Shown: one piece after another, positions 63,191 to 64,000 of the stretch
Numbering within the stretch: the first letter of the stretch is position 1
Layout of the letters: every line of letters starts with the position of its first letter
From: Lama guanicoe
Taxonomy: Eukaryota
Length of the DNA stretch: 64,000 bases
Assembly (NCBI GenBank): GCA_013239625.1
Contig: MU054220.1
Coordinates: forward strand, 5,936,626-6,000,625
Direction of reading: 5' to 3'
Program-made: the position numbers and the translations under genes
The notes under the pieces: model-generated
What the model saw: the letters and a program-made list of their open reading frames with translations, nothing else
Database searches by the model: none
What the model was told of the DNA's origin: nothing

Positions 63191-64000
63191 ATGCTATATT
63201 CTCTCAAGAATTTATGCTGGCTTCTTTCTAGCAAATTCAGTTCAGATTTGGTGCTCGTAGGTATACAGAGCTGTGGACTCATTCACATGAACATCTGATT
63301 CTTGCTGCTCCTTCCTTGGGATGATAATCTGAAAGCAAAAGCAGAAGCAGTGTGTGCAGAGGGTCAGATAAATCATAGGTCCAGTCAGAACCCAAGCAAA
63401 ATAAACAGTGTTTCTGAAGCACAAGTCGTGACCAGAAAGAATGGATGAATTATTGCTCTGGCATTTCCTTTGTTATTTATGTTCAGAAATCAATCAACAA
63501 CTGAAAGAATGGAGTAATTTATAAGTCAGGTGCTGTCAAATACTTGTGGGTCTCAACTGGCATAACCTGTCCATGAATTCCTATGAAAATTGATGACAGT
63601 AGAAAATAACCTTATTACCAGCCTGACATTCATAATCTGGTTCATATGATCCTAACATGATATAAAAACATGAATTAACAATACAATAGCTACTGAAAAT
63701 GAAAGTGTCCATTGAGTGTATAAAACCTTTTCTCTTTCCTCACCACACCTTATTTAATAAAAATAGATGTTGGTGATGGAGCATTTATTATGGAAACAAG
63801 TTAACCAAAAAGACCTGTCAATTTGATGGAGGAGGTTATTTGTTCAACAAAATATCCAAGCACACGAGGCAATCTGGAAATCCAATAGGGAAAGCAGAGA
63901 CACCTCTGCTTCCCCATCTGCCTTCTTCACCAGAAATAAATGTCTGAAGAGCACTGATTAAAAGTATAGACACAGTTTTATGAACATATTTTGCTTCATC

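Noticed and set aside
1..64000. Prokaryote-type systems (CRISPR arrays, operons, defence islands) or a host protein-coding gene
   Set aside because: The sequence is mammalian and repeat-rich. I saw no regularly spaced repeat-spacer array and no chain of coding exons. Small exons could have been missed by eye.

Overview
Mammalian, AT-rich, repeat-dense intronic or intergenic DNA, most likely from a camelid (a tRNA-Ala-derived vic-1-type SINE with a clean TSD, plus matching young L1 3' ends). I found no convincing exon of a cellular protein-coding gene. The main feature is a young, 5'-truncated LINE-1 on the minus strand (10762-15709, 11-bp TSD, inserted into an MLT1 LTR). It keeps a fully open 1265-aa ORF2 (EN, RT and CCHC motifs), the C-terminal part of ORF1, and a long (~400 bp) inter-ORF spacer. 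That spacer contains a polypyrimidine/NAGNAG acceptor-like site and a strong-Kozak 73-codon ORF overlapping the ORF2 start. The rest is a layered fossil record: MIRs, L2 (one piece with a still-readable RT frame), MaLR/ERVL LTRs, an ERVL internal remnant with a dUTPase-like relic and an LTR16-type LTR, hAT MITEs (MER58A, MER20, MER91-like), stacked old L1s, and several short L1 insertions with informative junctions. A few repeat-free patches carry clustered transcription-factor motifs or CpG enrichment. Repeat family names come from recalled consensus sequences, not a search, and boundaries of old repeats are approximate.
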